Assembly: GCA_046563655.1 (NCBI GenBank)
Contig: CM102286.1
Coordinates: 372,001 to 436,000 of the forward strand
Direction of reading: 5' to 3'
Length of the DNA: 64,000 bases
Source of the DNA: Yuukianura sp. NJ FZ-2021
Lineage: Eukaryota
The translations under genes were made by a program, and so were the position numbers. Below the pieces are notes generated by a model, which was not told where the DNA came from, searched no databases, and saw nothing but the letters and a program-made list of their open reading frames with translations. Numbering within the stretch: position 1 is the first letter of the stretch; every line of letters begins with the position of its first letter. Positions 1 to 10,837 of the stretch are shown piece by piece.

Positions 1-741
1 TTCGCAGACAGCAAACCATGAAAAATTCTCCAACATTTAATATTTCTTAACTTTCTCAAATTTTTTTAACTTTGAGCGGAATTTGGATTTCAATTTTAAA
101 TCAAGCAAGACCAGAAACAAAGCAGAGCATTGACGCCATCTACAATCTAAAAAATCTCCTAGTTGTCACTTTCTCTTTTCTTTTACTTTTTTCTACTTTC
201 ACTAAATTTCCAAGGTCTCTCTCCACGTTTTTCTCTTTTCACATACTTTCTCTCTCCTTGCACCCTTTGGCCTAAGCCTAACCCATATACCACACTTACC
301 TCTTTTTTTTACTAAGAATGAAGAGGGAAAACACAAAAGTTCAAAAAACTTAAACAACTCATGTTTAAGATTTATGCAACAATCTCAAATTGTAAGTAAT
401 TACTTGAAATTGAGGAAATTTCACAAACGTTGTCTTACTGTTGCAACTTTTTAGGTGTAACCTAACTAAAATGTGTTTTTAAATATAATTGTGATCTGAT
501 TTGAATCCGTTTTGATTTTGTAACTTACTGCTTAGCCTGCTGATTTTTACGTGTTAAATCACAAACGCACTTTGTTGTTGTTTTTCACATGCAGCACCAC
601 ATGTTTTTGCTTTGATTGTCGTGTGAAATAAAAGTAACAATTCTTAGCACAAGTTTATACTAAATTCGTTGTAAAAGTGGAACGATGGTGAGATTATTCC
701 CTTGATTTGCGTGTTTTTGGATGAAGTGACTAATCCACAGA

Positions 742-1093
742 AAATCAGAATTGGGCGGAGATGAACGTCAAAAGGAAGAAAGGAGAAATTAGGTAAAGAG
801 TGAAAGCCGCGAAAATCCTCTTTTGAAGGTGTGTGTACTTAATAGTGGTGTGGGATGTTAGACCAAGAACAAAAACTGGGTACTGTGAGACTGTACTTCC
901 TGTTTCGTGCGCAGACGCACACAACTCCACTGCAGCTTCCTGCCAAACACATCCTGCAGTGGACCAGCAGCCTCCAGATATTGAACGAGATCAAGACACG
1001 ATGAGAGCAACAGCCTCTGCACAAGAGGCATTTGACGCACTTTCACTCCTTTCTCCACTTCCAAAACATTACTTAAAACTAACTTACACTTGA
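742..1093 (+). other. Possible terminal exons of a plus-strand gene entering from upstream
   Basis: Candidate splice signals (ccacag| near 741, |gtaaag near 792, ttag| near 860) flank a GC-richer open segment. No recognisable protein and the frame is ambiguous. Confidence 0.2.
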
Positions 1094-1301
1094 AAGGAAT
1101 GTGAGGCTATGCTAAAGTTAGACTAAGTTGTCTATTTTACATTAGGTTCATGTTAAGTTAGGCTGGAAAGCAGCAGAATTTATTTAAAGTTATACACAGG
1201 TTTGAGTAAAAAGTGAAAATAGCATAAAAAGGACAGAGTTTTTCTGTTTGTGGATTTTGTATGTTTTTTTTTGGAAAATTTGGGAGTGATGAAGCTTTTG
1301 T

Positions 1302-2061
1302 TCAGATGGCGCCAAAAGATTTTTTTGATTCTTGTGACATGACGAGAGGATTTTCCCATTCCAAGCCTTCTCCAAATGAACTACTTCGAGCTAGCATAGT
1401 TTTACGGTACAGCAAATAGCCGATGAGGGCATAGGTCAACCCGTTTTCAATTCCAAGAAACTTTAAAACAAATTCCAAAGTTTTTAAAAAATTTACATAA
1501 AAGTTTTTCTAAAAAGTATTTTTTTATGAATTAAACGTACGGCTGCCAACATGCGTTTAGTTGTCATGCCCTCATTCTCCGCTTCCGTGTCAATTGCTGC
1601 CGCCATCATGAAAATCCCAACAACAGTCAGAATTACTCCAAACAGCAAGTGAAACACCAAATCCTGGTTATAAAATTTTGGAATAAGTTAATATAATAAT
1701 TTTATAAAATGTAAAATTTAAATTCAAGATTTTTCAAGTAACCGCTTGGTGAATGCTGCTGAACTTTTGAGTGTCAAATCGAGCGAGAATGTTCAAGAAA
1801 AACAAAACGGAAAAAATGGAAGTAAAAATGACAATTCCGACGAAGAAAACTTCAGTTGTGTAGAAGATCGTGTAGGAATTGGCAATCAGAATCAAATCAA
1901 CCAATCCAATCAGCTGTCATACGCCAAAAAAACGTCTTCAAAATTTTGAAATTTTACAAAACACTGTAATATGAACTTTCTAAATTTTCATTTTTAGTTA
2001 CCAGAGACAAACTTCGAAACCACTCTATGAGACGTGGCGGAGTGCAAGATTTCTGATCCAT
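1302..2061 (-). CDS. Four-transmembrane MARVEL-like membrane protein, 170 aa, 4 exons
   Basis: Exons 2061-2002, 1913-1743, 1663-1541, 1460-1302 join in phase 0 across GT-AG introns: MDQKSCTPPRLIEWFRSLSL|LIGLVDLILIANSYTIFYTTEVFFVGIVIFTSIFSVLFFLNILARF...|DLVFHLLFGVILTVVGIFMMAAA...|FLGIENGLTYALIGYLLYRK...GAI*. Four hydrophobic helices; the MARVEL call rests on topology only. Confidence 0.75.
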
Positions 2062-2431
2062 TTTATCAAATTTTTGAAAAACTAAACAAAATAAATTACG
2101 GCTTTAAAAAAAACTTGTAAAGAACAAAATTTTTGTGTGAATAGAAAATGAGTGGAACAAAATATATAAAAGTGACACAAACACAACTGCTGAAAGTTAT
2201 GAAAAGAGAAACAGATGGAGTGTGTGCAAATAAATTCTGCAATCTAATCATAATTCATCCTAATCAACGCCTTTCCAATGTCACTCACCTACGTCTATAA
2301 CAATTTTAAGCAAAACAGTACGCATGAGCAATACAGACACAGGTTTTTCGAAATTTCGGTTTATTAGAAGTTTCATTTCACCCCAACCACTAACCTAATT
2401 TTGTTCTAAAATTCCCAAATTTTCAAGCTTT

Positions 2432-2963
2432 TCACTCATCAGTGAAACCGGGAGGTGCCGGCCCTGAATTTGGATCTTTTTTGTCCGTGCCAGCGCACAC
2501 TTGAATGGAACTCGCAGCTTTGTTAAATTTAACCAATTTGAGGTTCGCAGTGCCGTAGGCGTAGCGTTGAAGTCGAATGGCTCTTCCACGACAGTTTGGT
2601 TTCGACCACAGGACGACACAAATGTCGTAAGTGTCGACCGACTGGGCGACATTCCTCCAAGACTTTTTGATGTTGACGCATGCTCCGCTGGGCTTGGTCC
2701 ACTGGACGTAGTTGCTTCCTAATGTCAACAGAAATGTTATAATTAAAAAAGAACTATTTTATCTCTTACTTTTTCGTAAAATTTATCAAAAAACCTTCAA
2801 AATTTGGGTTAGAGTAAAGACGAACGGAACATTTGTTGTCTCTTGTGTCAAACAACTCTTTTGCGACCGACTCAGCCGGAGGAATAATTTGAGAAGTCGG
2901 TTCACCAAAACCGAATTTCGGTAGAAATCCCAAAATGATCAAAAAATGACTCCACGCGAACAT
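2432..2963 (-). CDS. Secreted beta/gamma-crystallin-like protein, copy A (151 aa, 2 exons)
   Basis: Exon 1 2963-2795 (signal peptide MFAWSHFLIILGFLPKFGFG ... CSVRLYSNPNFEG), phase-1 GT-AG intron, exon 2 2718-2432. Two Greek-key-like motifs: LYxxPNFxG...WRNVAQSV and VLWSKPNCRG...FNKAASSI. Confidence 0.8.
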
Positions 2964-3336
2964 TTTTTTCTAAATTTTATGAAAACGTTCAATTCAATTA
3001 GACTTTTTTGATCAACTCTATGAAATGAAGAGAGTTTCAAATATGCAAATATCCTCAAATATCCTCATATATATATATATATAATGTTATTAATATTAAA
3101 GGCTTGATTTGAGGGTTGTTGCTAATTAAAAAATATTAATGCACAGATGTTCATCTGGAATTTCGCACTTTGTCTTTGTTTTACTTTCATGTATGTCTGC
3201 TCCTGCGCAAAAGACGCTACATTGAATATCAAATTGACCAAAAGTTGGGGTTTGCAGTGCCGTAAAGCAGCGTGACTTTTCATTGATTAGTTTTTGAAAT
3301 TGCACAAATTTATTTTTCAATTTTAAAAATTTTGCT

Positions 3337-3440
3337 ATGAATTGGTTTTTGCCTGGATAGACCCAGCCAAACACTCTGCAATTTTCTCTCCCACTTCATA
3401 TCCAAATGGAACCGCCGTTAAACCGAATGGTCCAGCGATC
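3337..3440 (-). pseudogene. Relic 3' end of the LRAT-domain gene
   Basis: Closely matches 10838-10942 (IAGPFGLTAVPFGYEVGEKIAE...QAKTNS*) with no upstream coding sequence. A decayed crystallin exon-2 fragment (ggtttgcagtgccgta) lies at ~3230-3270. Confidence 0.75.
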
Positions 3441-3510
3441 GAAATTTTGCGAAATTTTGAAACGAATGCAAAATTTTTTCGCATTTCAAATCACAATTAA
3501 ACTTTAAAAC

Positions 3511-3742
3511 CTTGAAGATTCGGTTTCGAGTAAAGACGAACGGAACATTTCTTTACTACATCTTCAAAGTTTGAGTCTGGATATGGCGTAGTATGTTCTC
3601 TCCTAAGCTCTTCAAGTGTCTCAGTAATAAACGGCGATTCCGCTACCAACTCAACCACAGGAAGAATTCCGCTACTCGGTTCATAAAAACTGAATTTCGG
3701 TACCAAACCCAAAGTAATCAAAAAATTTATCCAAACCTCCAT
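3511..3742 (-). pseudogene. Crystallin-like copy B: exon 1 only
   Basis: MEVWINFLITLGLVPKFSF...KCSVRLYSKPNLQG followed by a GT donor at 3510-3509. Downstream sequence runs into the LRAT relic rather than an intact exon 2. Confidence 0.65.
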
Positions 3743-4223
3743 TTTCCAAAATGTTTTGAAAATGATCAACTACACATTTCCTTCACCTCTATGCATTGAA
3801 AAGAGTATCGAATATTATGACAAAAAAAAATGATGAACGAAAAAGTTAATGCCATTGAGTTCAACGTTCGTTTAATTAATTTCATTTAATATTTATTAAA
3901 CAAAAACAAATGGACAGATTTTCATCTCGAACTTCGCCCCTTTTTTCTTCAGGGTAATAGAGGTTAGGCAAGGTTCCTTGACAACGAAAAGTTTATTTTC
4001 TTCAACAGGTTGAGTACTACATTGCTTGTTGACAAAAAAAAATGAAAAAAAATGGTACTAATATTAGTACCAATCCCAAAAATTGGTAGCAATTCGTTTG
4101 GAAAAATTACCTATTTTCACGACTACGATGCACTGTTTTTCGAAATTTCGGTTTATTAAAAGTTTCATTTTACCCCAACCACTAACCTAATTTTTTTGTA
4201 AAATGCCGAAATTTTCAAGCTTT

Positions 4224-4819
4224 TCACTCATCAGTGAAACCGGGAGGTGCCGGCCCTGAATTTGGATCTTTTTTGTCCGTTCCAGCGCAGACTTGAATGG
4301 AACTTGCAGCTTTGTTAAACTTAACCAATTTCAGGTTCGCAGTGCCGTAGGCGTACCGTTGAAGTCGAATGGCTCTGCCACGACAGTTTCGTTTCGACCA
4401 CAGGACGACACAAATGTCGTAAGTGTCGACCGACTGGGCGACATTCCTCCAAGGCTTTTTGATGTTGACGCACGCTCCTTTGTATTTGGTCCACTGAACG
4501 TAGTTGTTTTCTAACGTCAAAGGAAATGTTATAATTTGAAAAAAAAAGTTATTTAAATAATTTTAATACAATTTGTCAACAAACCTTGAAAATTCGGTTT
4601 AGAGTAAAGACGAACCGAACATTTGTATGGTTCGACCTCTAAATTCGACCCAGGTATTGGCGTACCATGTTGTTCGTCATCCTGTTCAAGTGTCTGTATC
4701 ACGGCAAACGGTGATTCTGCTACCAACTCAACCGGAGCAGTAAGTCCATCAGTCGGCTCACCGAACCCGAATTTCGATATTAAACCCAAAATAATCAAAA
4801 AATTTATACAAACCGCCAT
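4224..4819 (-). CDS. Secreted beta/gamma-crystallin-like protein, copy C (2 exons)
   Basis: Exon 1 4819-4585, exon 2 4510-4224, phase-1 GT-AG intron. Signal peptide, acidic spacer, same domain as copy A. Confidence 0.8.
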
Positions 4820-5024
4820 TTTTCAAAATTTTATTAAAACACTCAGCTGCACATTTTTGCCACCTTTATGAAATGAAACGAGTTCCGAATATCGGAGACA
4901 ATGCTGAACGAAAAAGTTATTGCCCTTTGAGCTAAATATTCATTGAATGTTAATTAAGAAAACTAATGGACAGATTTTCATCTGGATCTTTGCACTTTTT
5001 TCTGTTTCAGGGTAATGGATGTTA

Positions 5025-5250
5025 GCCAAGGTTCCTTGACAACGGAAAATTAATTTTCTTTAACAGGTTAAGTACTACCTCGCTTGATCTCAAGAAAAGG
5101 AAAAAGCAAAAGTTAGTACCAATTCGTGTGGAAAATGTTTGTATTGTCATGACTACGATGCGCTGAAATGAAAAGTTGCAAAATAACCTAACCTAAAATA
5201 ACATGAGGTATTACCCAACCTGTTAAAGAAAATCAAAGTCAACAAACCTC
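5025..5250. mobile_element. Dispersed ~230-bp inverted-repeat (MITE-like) element
   Basis: Internal inverted repeat ttttctttaacaggtt ... aacctgttaaagaaaa. Related copies at ~3966-4135 (partial) and, in opposite orientation, ~38870-39135 and ~41832-42085. Boundaries approximate. Confidence 0.6.
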
Positions 5251-5255
5251 GGAGG

Positions 5256-5805
5256 TTAGCGGTTTTTGAATTCAGGAGGAGCCGGCCCTGAATCTGGATC
5301 TTTCTTGTCTGTCCCTGCACAGACTTGGATTGAAGAAGCGACTTTGGTGAAATTGACCAAATTGAGGTTGGCAGTGCCGTAAGCGTAACGCTCAAGCCTA
5401 ATTGCTCTCCCGCGACATTTCAATTTCGTCCAGAGAACGACACAAATGTCGTAAGTGTCAACCGACTGGGCGACTTTTCTAAACGACCTTTTGATGTTGA
5501 CGCATGCTCCGCTGTAGTTTGTCCACTGCACGTAGTTCCTTCCTACAAAAAACTTGGCTTTATACAAATAATTTTTATTTTCAAAAATTTTGAAAATTTC
5601 AAAACATCAAACCTTGGAATTCCGGTTGAGTGTAAAGACGAACTGAGCATTTATATGTCCTGGGCGGACTTTGTTCTTCTGGTTCGTAAACTCCAACGCC
5701 CGAGTCCGGATTTCCCGCGCCATTTTCAATTTCGCTCAAGTTGACTGTCGCCCCAATTACAAATTTTGAATTTAAAGTAACCAAAAACAGAATTTGAAAA
5801 AACAT
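5256..5805 (-). CDS. Secreted beta/gamma-crystallin-like protein, copy D (most divergent)
   Basis: Exon 1 5805-5613 (MFFQILFLVTLNSKFVIG...CSVRLYTQPEFQG), exon 2 5542-5256. All five Cys of the domain are conserved despite many synonymous differences. Confidence 0.8.
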
Positions 5806-5968
5806 GTTCTTTTTCTTTGAACTGTTTAAATGATTAAGGTACTAGTAGATTCTTTAAATAAAGTTGGACGCCTGACACAAAAGTATGACATATTGAGCAC
5901 AATCATCACATTTTTTTAACTTTGTGTTTAAAATTCCACAAATTTATACTGACCTCATTTTTTAAAAT

Positions 5969-6200
5969 TTTATGAATTTGTTTTTGCCTGGATAGATCTA
6001 GCCAAACTGTCTGCAATTTTCTTTCCCACTTGATATCCAAAGGGAGGAAAATTTTAGGAAATTTTAAGAAAAATTTTCGAGGAAATTTTGGAAAATATGC
6101 TCTTGCACTTTTGAGTGTCAAATCGTGGAAAAAGGTGCCAAAAAAACAAAATGGACAAACTGAAAGTGGAAATGACGATTCCGACAAAAACGAGTCACGT
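5969..6200 (-). pseudogene. Adjacent relics: LRAT-gene 3' end (~5969-6045) and MARVEL-gene exon 2 (~6105-6195)
   Basis: tatgaatttgtttttgcctggatagat...ttcccact matches 10838 onward. cttttgagtgtcaaatcg...aaatgacgattccgac matches 1764-1841. Confidence 0.7.
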
Positions 6201-6350
6201 ATGCTTATAACAGTTCTCCAAATTTTCTTACAAAACAGTGTGCATGAGCAATTCAAAACACGTTTTTTTTTGTTTTTCGAAATTTCGGTTTATTTAAAAT
6301 TTCTATTCATCCCAACCAATAACTTAATTTTGTTTCAAAATGCAAGGTTT

Positions 6351-9300
6351 TCACTCATCAGTGAAACCGGGAGGTGCCTGCCCTGAATTTGGATCTTTTT
6401 TGTCCGTGCCAGCGCACACTTGAATGGAACTCGCAGCTTTGTTAAATTTAACCAATTTGAGGTTCGCAGTGCCGTAGGCGTAGCGTTGAAGTCGAATGGC
6501 TCTTCCACGACAGTTTGGTTTCGACCACAGGACGACACAAATGTCGTAAGTGTCGACCGACTGGGCGACATTCCTCCAAGACTTTTTGATGTTGACGCAT
6601 GCTCCGCTGGGCTTGGTCCACTGGACGTAGTTGCTTCCTAATGTCGACAGAAATGTTATGATTAAAAAATAAACCGGTTGTAAACCGCCCATAATGATAA
6701 TAGCGAAGCAATAGGCCCCCCGAAGGGGGTTTGTTCCCCCCACTTTCCCGACTCCCCCCCCCGGGGGAGTGGGGGTGTGTTTCCCCTACTTTCCCGCCCC
6801 TCCCCCGGGGAGTAGGAGTGTGTTCCCCCCACTCTCCCGCCCCCCCCCCAGGGGGTGTTGACAGGTGAGACGTGACAGCTGAGGCGTGACAGGTGACAGG
6901 TGAGACGTGACAGCTGAGGCGTGACAGGTGACAGGTGAGACGTGACAGCTGAGACGTGACAGGTGACAGGTGACACCCGGCAACGGAGAGGTGACAGGTG
7001 ACACCCGGTGGACACAGTGCATGAGTGTGTGAAGTGTACATGTCAACTGCGTAATAGATTTTTTGCTAAGCAGAGAACCAACTCCCATGCCAATTGCCTT
7101 TCCAGTCTCACAAGCAGAGTTTTTGTTACACACACTTGCATTACAAATGACCTTCGAAATCGATTTTCACCCGGAAGCAGGTGACCTAGGGTCACACATT
7201 ACACATAAAAGTTGTTCCCCTCGATGAGATGAACAACTTTTGTAGAGGTCATTTTCCATGTTACCAGGGATGAAACCGGTTGACCTTGACCTTTGACCCG
7301 GAAGGAGTTGCCCCACGGGGGTCATATTCAATAGTGAATAGGTCCGGGTCATGAGATGGTCACTGGTGAAAACCCGGTTGAAATTGGTCCAATAGTTCCG
7401 GAGCAAATCGTTCTAATGTTTTCCGGGACAGACGGACAGACAGACAGACAGACAGACGGACAGACAGACGTCTTCTATAATAATAGCTTCGCTATTATAA
7501 TAAACCGGTTGTAAACCGCCCATAATGATAATAGCGAAGCAATAGGCCCCCCGTATGGGGTTTGTTCCCCCCACTTTCCCGCTTCCCCCCCCCCCCCCGG
7601 GGGAGTGGGGGTGTGTTTCCCCCACTTTCCCGCCCCCCCCCCGGGGAGTAGGTGTGTGTTCCCCCACTCTCCCGCCCCCCCCAGTGGGTGTTGACAGGTG
7701 AGACGTGACAGCTGAGGCGTGACAGCTGACAGGTGAGACGTGACAGCTGAGACGTGACAGGTGACAGGTGACACCCGGCAACTGAGAGGTGACAGGTGAC
7801 ACCCGGCAGGTGACAGGTGACAGGTGAGACGTGACAGCTGAGGCGTGACAGGTGACAGGTGAGACGTGACAGCTGAGACGTGACAGGTGACAGGTGACAC
7901 CCGGCAACTGAGAGGTGACAGGTGACACCCGGCAGGTGACAGGTGACACCCGGCAGGTGACAGGTGACACCCGGTGGACACAGTGCATGAGTGTGTGAAG
8001 TGTATCTGTCAACTGCGTAATAGATTTTTTGCTAAGCAGAGAATCAAGTCCCATGCCAATTGCATTTCCAGTCTCACAAGCAGAGTTTTTTGTACCCACA
8101 CTTGCATTACAAATGACCTTTGAAATCGATTTTGACCCGGAAGCAGGTGACCTAGGGTCACACATTACACATAAAACTTGTTCGTCTCGATGAGATGAAC
8201 AACTTTTGTAGAGGTCATTTTCCGGGTTACCCGGGATGAAACCGGTTGACCTTGACCTTTGACCCGGAAGGAGTTGACACCCGGGGGTCATATTCAATAG
8301 TGACCTAGTCCGGGTCATGACATGGTCACTGGTGAAAACCGGAATCAAATCGGACCAGTAGTTTCTGAGATAATTAATCTGGACAGACAGACGGACGGAC
8401 AGACAGACGGACAGACGGACAGACAGACAGACAGACAAACCACTTTTATCATAATAGCTTCGCTATTATAATAAACCGGTTGTAAACCGCCCATAATGAT
8501 AATAGCGAAGCAATAGGCCCCCCGAAGGGGGTTTGTTCCCCCCACTTTCCCGACCCCCCCCCCCGGGGGAGTGGGTGTGTGTTTCCCCCACTTTCCCGCC
8601 CCTCCCATGGGGAGTAGGAGTGTGTTCCCCCCACTCTCCCGCCCCCCCAGGGGGTGTTGACAGGTGAGACGTGACAGCTGAGGCGTGACAGGTGACAAGT
8701 GAGACGTGACAGCTGAGGCGTGACAGGTGACAGGTGAGACGTGACAGCTGAGACGTGACACGTGACAGGTGACACCCGGCAACTGAGAGGTGACAGGTGA
8801 CACCCGGCAGGTGACAGGTGACACCCGGTGGACACAGTGCATGAGTGTGTGAAGTGTATCTGTCAACTGCGTAATAGATTTTTTGCTAAGCAGAGAATCA
8901 AGTCCCATGCCAATTGCATTTCCAGTCTCACAAGCAGAGTTTTTGTTACACACACTTGCATTACAAATGACCTTTGAAATCAATTTTGACCCGGAAGGAG
9001 GTGACCTAGGGTCACACATTAAACACAAAAGTTGTTCCACTCGATGAGATGAACAACTTTTGTAGAGGTCATTTTCCCGGTTACCGGGGATAAAACCGGT
9101 TGACCTTGACCTTTGACCCGGAAGGAGTTGACACCCGGGGGTCATATTCAATAGTGACCTAGTCCGGGTCATGACATGGTCACTGGTGAAAACCGGAATC
9201 AAATCGGACCAGTAGTTTCTGAGATAATTAATCTGGACAGACAGACGGACGGACAGACAGACGGACAGACGGACAGACAGACAGACAGACAAACCACTTT

Positions 9301-10468
9301 TATCATAATAGCTTCGCTATTATAATAAACCGGTTGTAAACCGCCCATAATGATAATAGCGAAGCAATAGGCCCCCCGAAGGGGGTTTGTTCCCCCCACT
9401 TTCCCGACCCCCCCCCCGGGGGAGTGGGTGTGTGTTTCCCCCACTTTCCCGCCCCTCCCATGGGGAGTAGGAGTGTGTTCCCCCCACTCTCCCGCCCCCC
9501 CAGGGGGTGTTGACAGGTGAGACGTGACAGCTGAGGCGTGACAGGTGACAAGTGAGACGTGACAGCTGAGGCGTGACAGGTGACAGGTGAGACGTGACAG
9601 CTGAGACGTGACACGTGACAGGTGACACCCGGCAACTGAGAGGTGACAGGTGACACCCGGCAGGTGACAGGTGACACCCGGTGGACACAGTGCATGAGTG
9701 TGTGAAGTGTATCTGTCAACTGCGTAATAGATTTTTTGCTAAGCAGAGAATCAAGTCCCATGCCAATTGCATTTCCAGTCTCACAAGCAGAGTTTTTTGT
9801 ACCCACACTTGCATTACAAATGACCTTTGAAATCAATTTTGACCCGGAAGGAGGTGACCTAGGGTCACACATTAAACACAAAAGTTGTTCCACTCGATGA
9901 GATGAACAACTTTTGTAGAGGTCATTTTCCCGGTTACCGGGGATAAAACCGGTTGACCTTGACCTTTGACCCGGAAGGAGTTGACACCCGGGGGTCATAT
10001 TCAATAGTGACCTAGTCCGGGTCATGACATGGTCACTGGTGAAAACCGGAATCAAATCGGACCAGTAGTTTCTGAGATAATTAATCTGGACAGACAGACG
10101 GACGGACAGACAGACGGACAGACGGACAGACAGACAGACAGACAAACCACTTTTATCATAATAGCTTCGCTATTATAATAACTATTTTATTTCATATTTT
10201 TTTTGTAAAATTTTTCAAAAAAACCTTTGGAGTAAAGACGAACGGAACATTTGTTGTCGCCCTCATCAGGCTTATCAGGCTCCACGTATGGTGTCGTACC
10301 TACGTATGGTGGTGTCGTACTACCTACTAGATGGTCAAATTGACCTCTTGTGCCGAACAACTTTTGTGCTGCCCACTCAGCCGGAGGCATAATTTGGCTA
10401 GTCGGTTCACCAAAACCGAATTCCGGTAGCAATCCTACAATGATCAGAAAATTACTCCAAACGGCCAT
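6351..10468 (-). CDS. Secreted beta/gamma-crystallin-like protein, copy E, intron expanded to 3.6 kb
   Basis: Exon 1 10468-10225, exon 2 6637-6351, donor and acceptor intact and phase-compatible. Intron flanks align with the 76-nt intron of copy A. Exon 1 ends LYSKG (4 codons shorter than paralogues). Confidence 0.7.
6670..10178 (-). mobile_element. Head-to-tail array of four non-autonomous Helentron-type elements (HINE/DINE-1-like)
   Basis: Units 6670-7500, 7501-8471, 8472-9325, 9326-10178. On the minus strand each has a 5' subterminal repeat ATAATAGCGAAGC within a short palindrome, a (GTCY)n microsatellite, central CCTGTCA-type tandem repeats, the inverted subterminal repeat GCTTCGCTATTAT and a 3' hairpin CGGTT-TAC-AACCG. 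T-rich insertion site, no clear TSD. Confidence 0.85.
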
Positions 10469-10837
10469 TTTTCAAGAAAACGCTCAACTCAATGACAATT
10501 TTTTGATCAACTCTATGAAATGAAGCGAGTTTCAAATATGACGAAAATAAATCCTCAACGAAAAAGTTATTGAGGCTAATATTCGTTTGTTGCTAATTAA
10601 AAATAATATTATTGCACAGATTTTCATCTGGAATTTTGCACTTTGTTTTTGTTTTATGCTAATTTAGCTGTGGTTGAGTGCAGGACGAGCTGGTCCTGAA
10701 TTTTCATCTTTATTCAAATTAACCAAAAATTGAGGTTTGTAGTGCCGTAAAGCAGCCTAACGGAAAAGTCACGCTGACTTTTCCGTTGATTAGTTTTTGA
10801 AATTGCACAAATTTATTTTTTAATTTTATAAATTTTG

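Noticed and set aside
2501..6641. Plus-strand 73-aa ORFs repeated three times (MNGTRSFVKF...)
   Set aside because: Antisense shadows of crystallin exon 2; conservation is explained by the minus-strand gene.
6855..7010. CRISPR-like appearance of the gtgacaggtgagacgtgacagctga repeats
   Set aside because: No unique spacers, no cas genes, eukaryotic context; these are internal tandem repeats of the element.
6448..10145. Long minus-strand ORFs (up to 341 aa) rich in SPVTC/CLSV
   Set aside because: They are translations of microsatellite and tandem repeats in the HINE units, open in several frames, with no transposase, Rep or helicase motifs.
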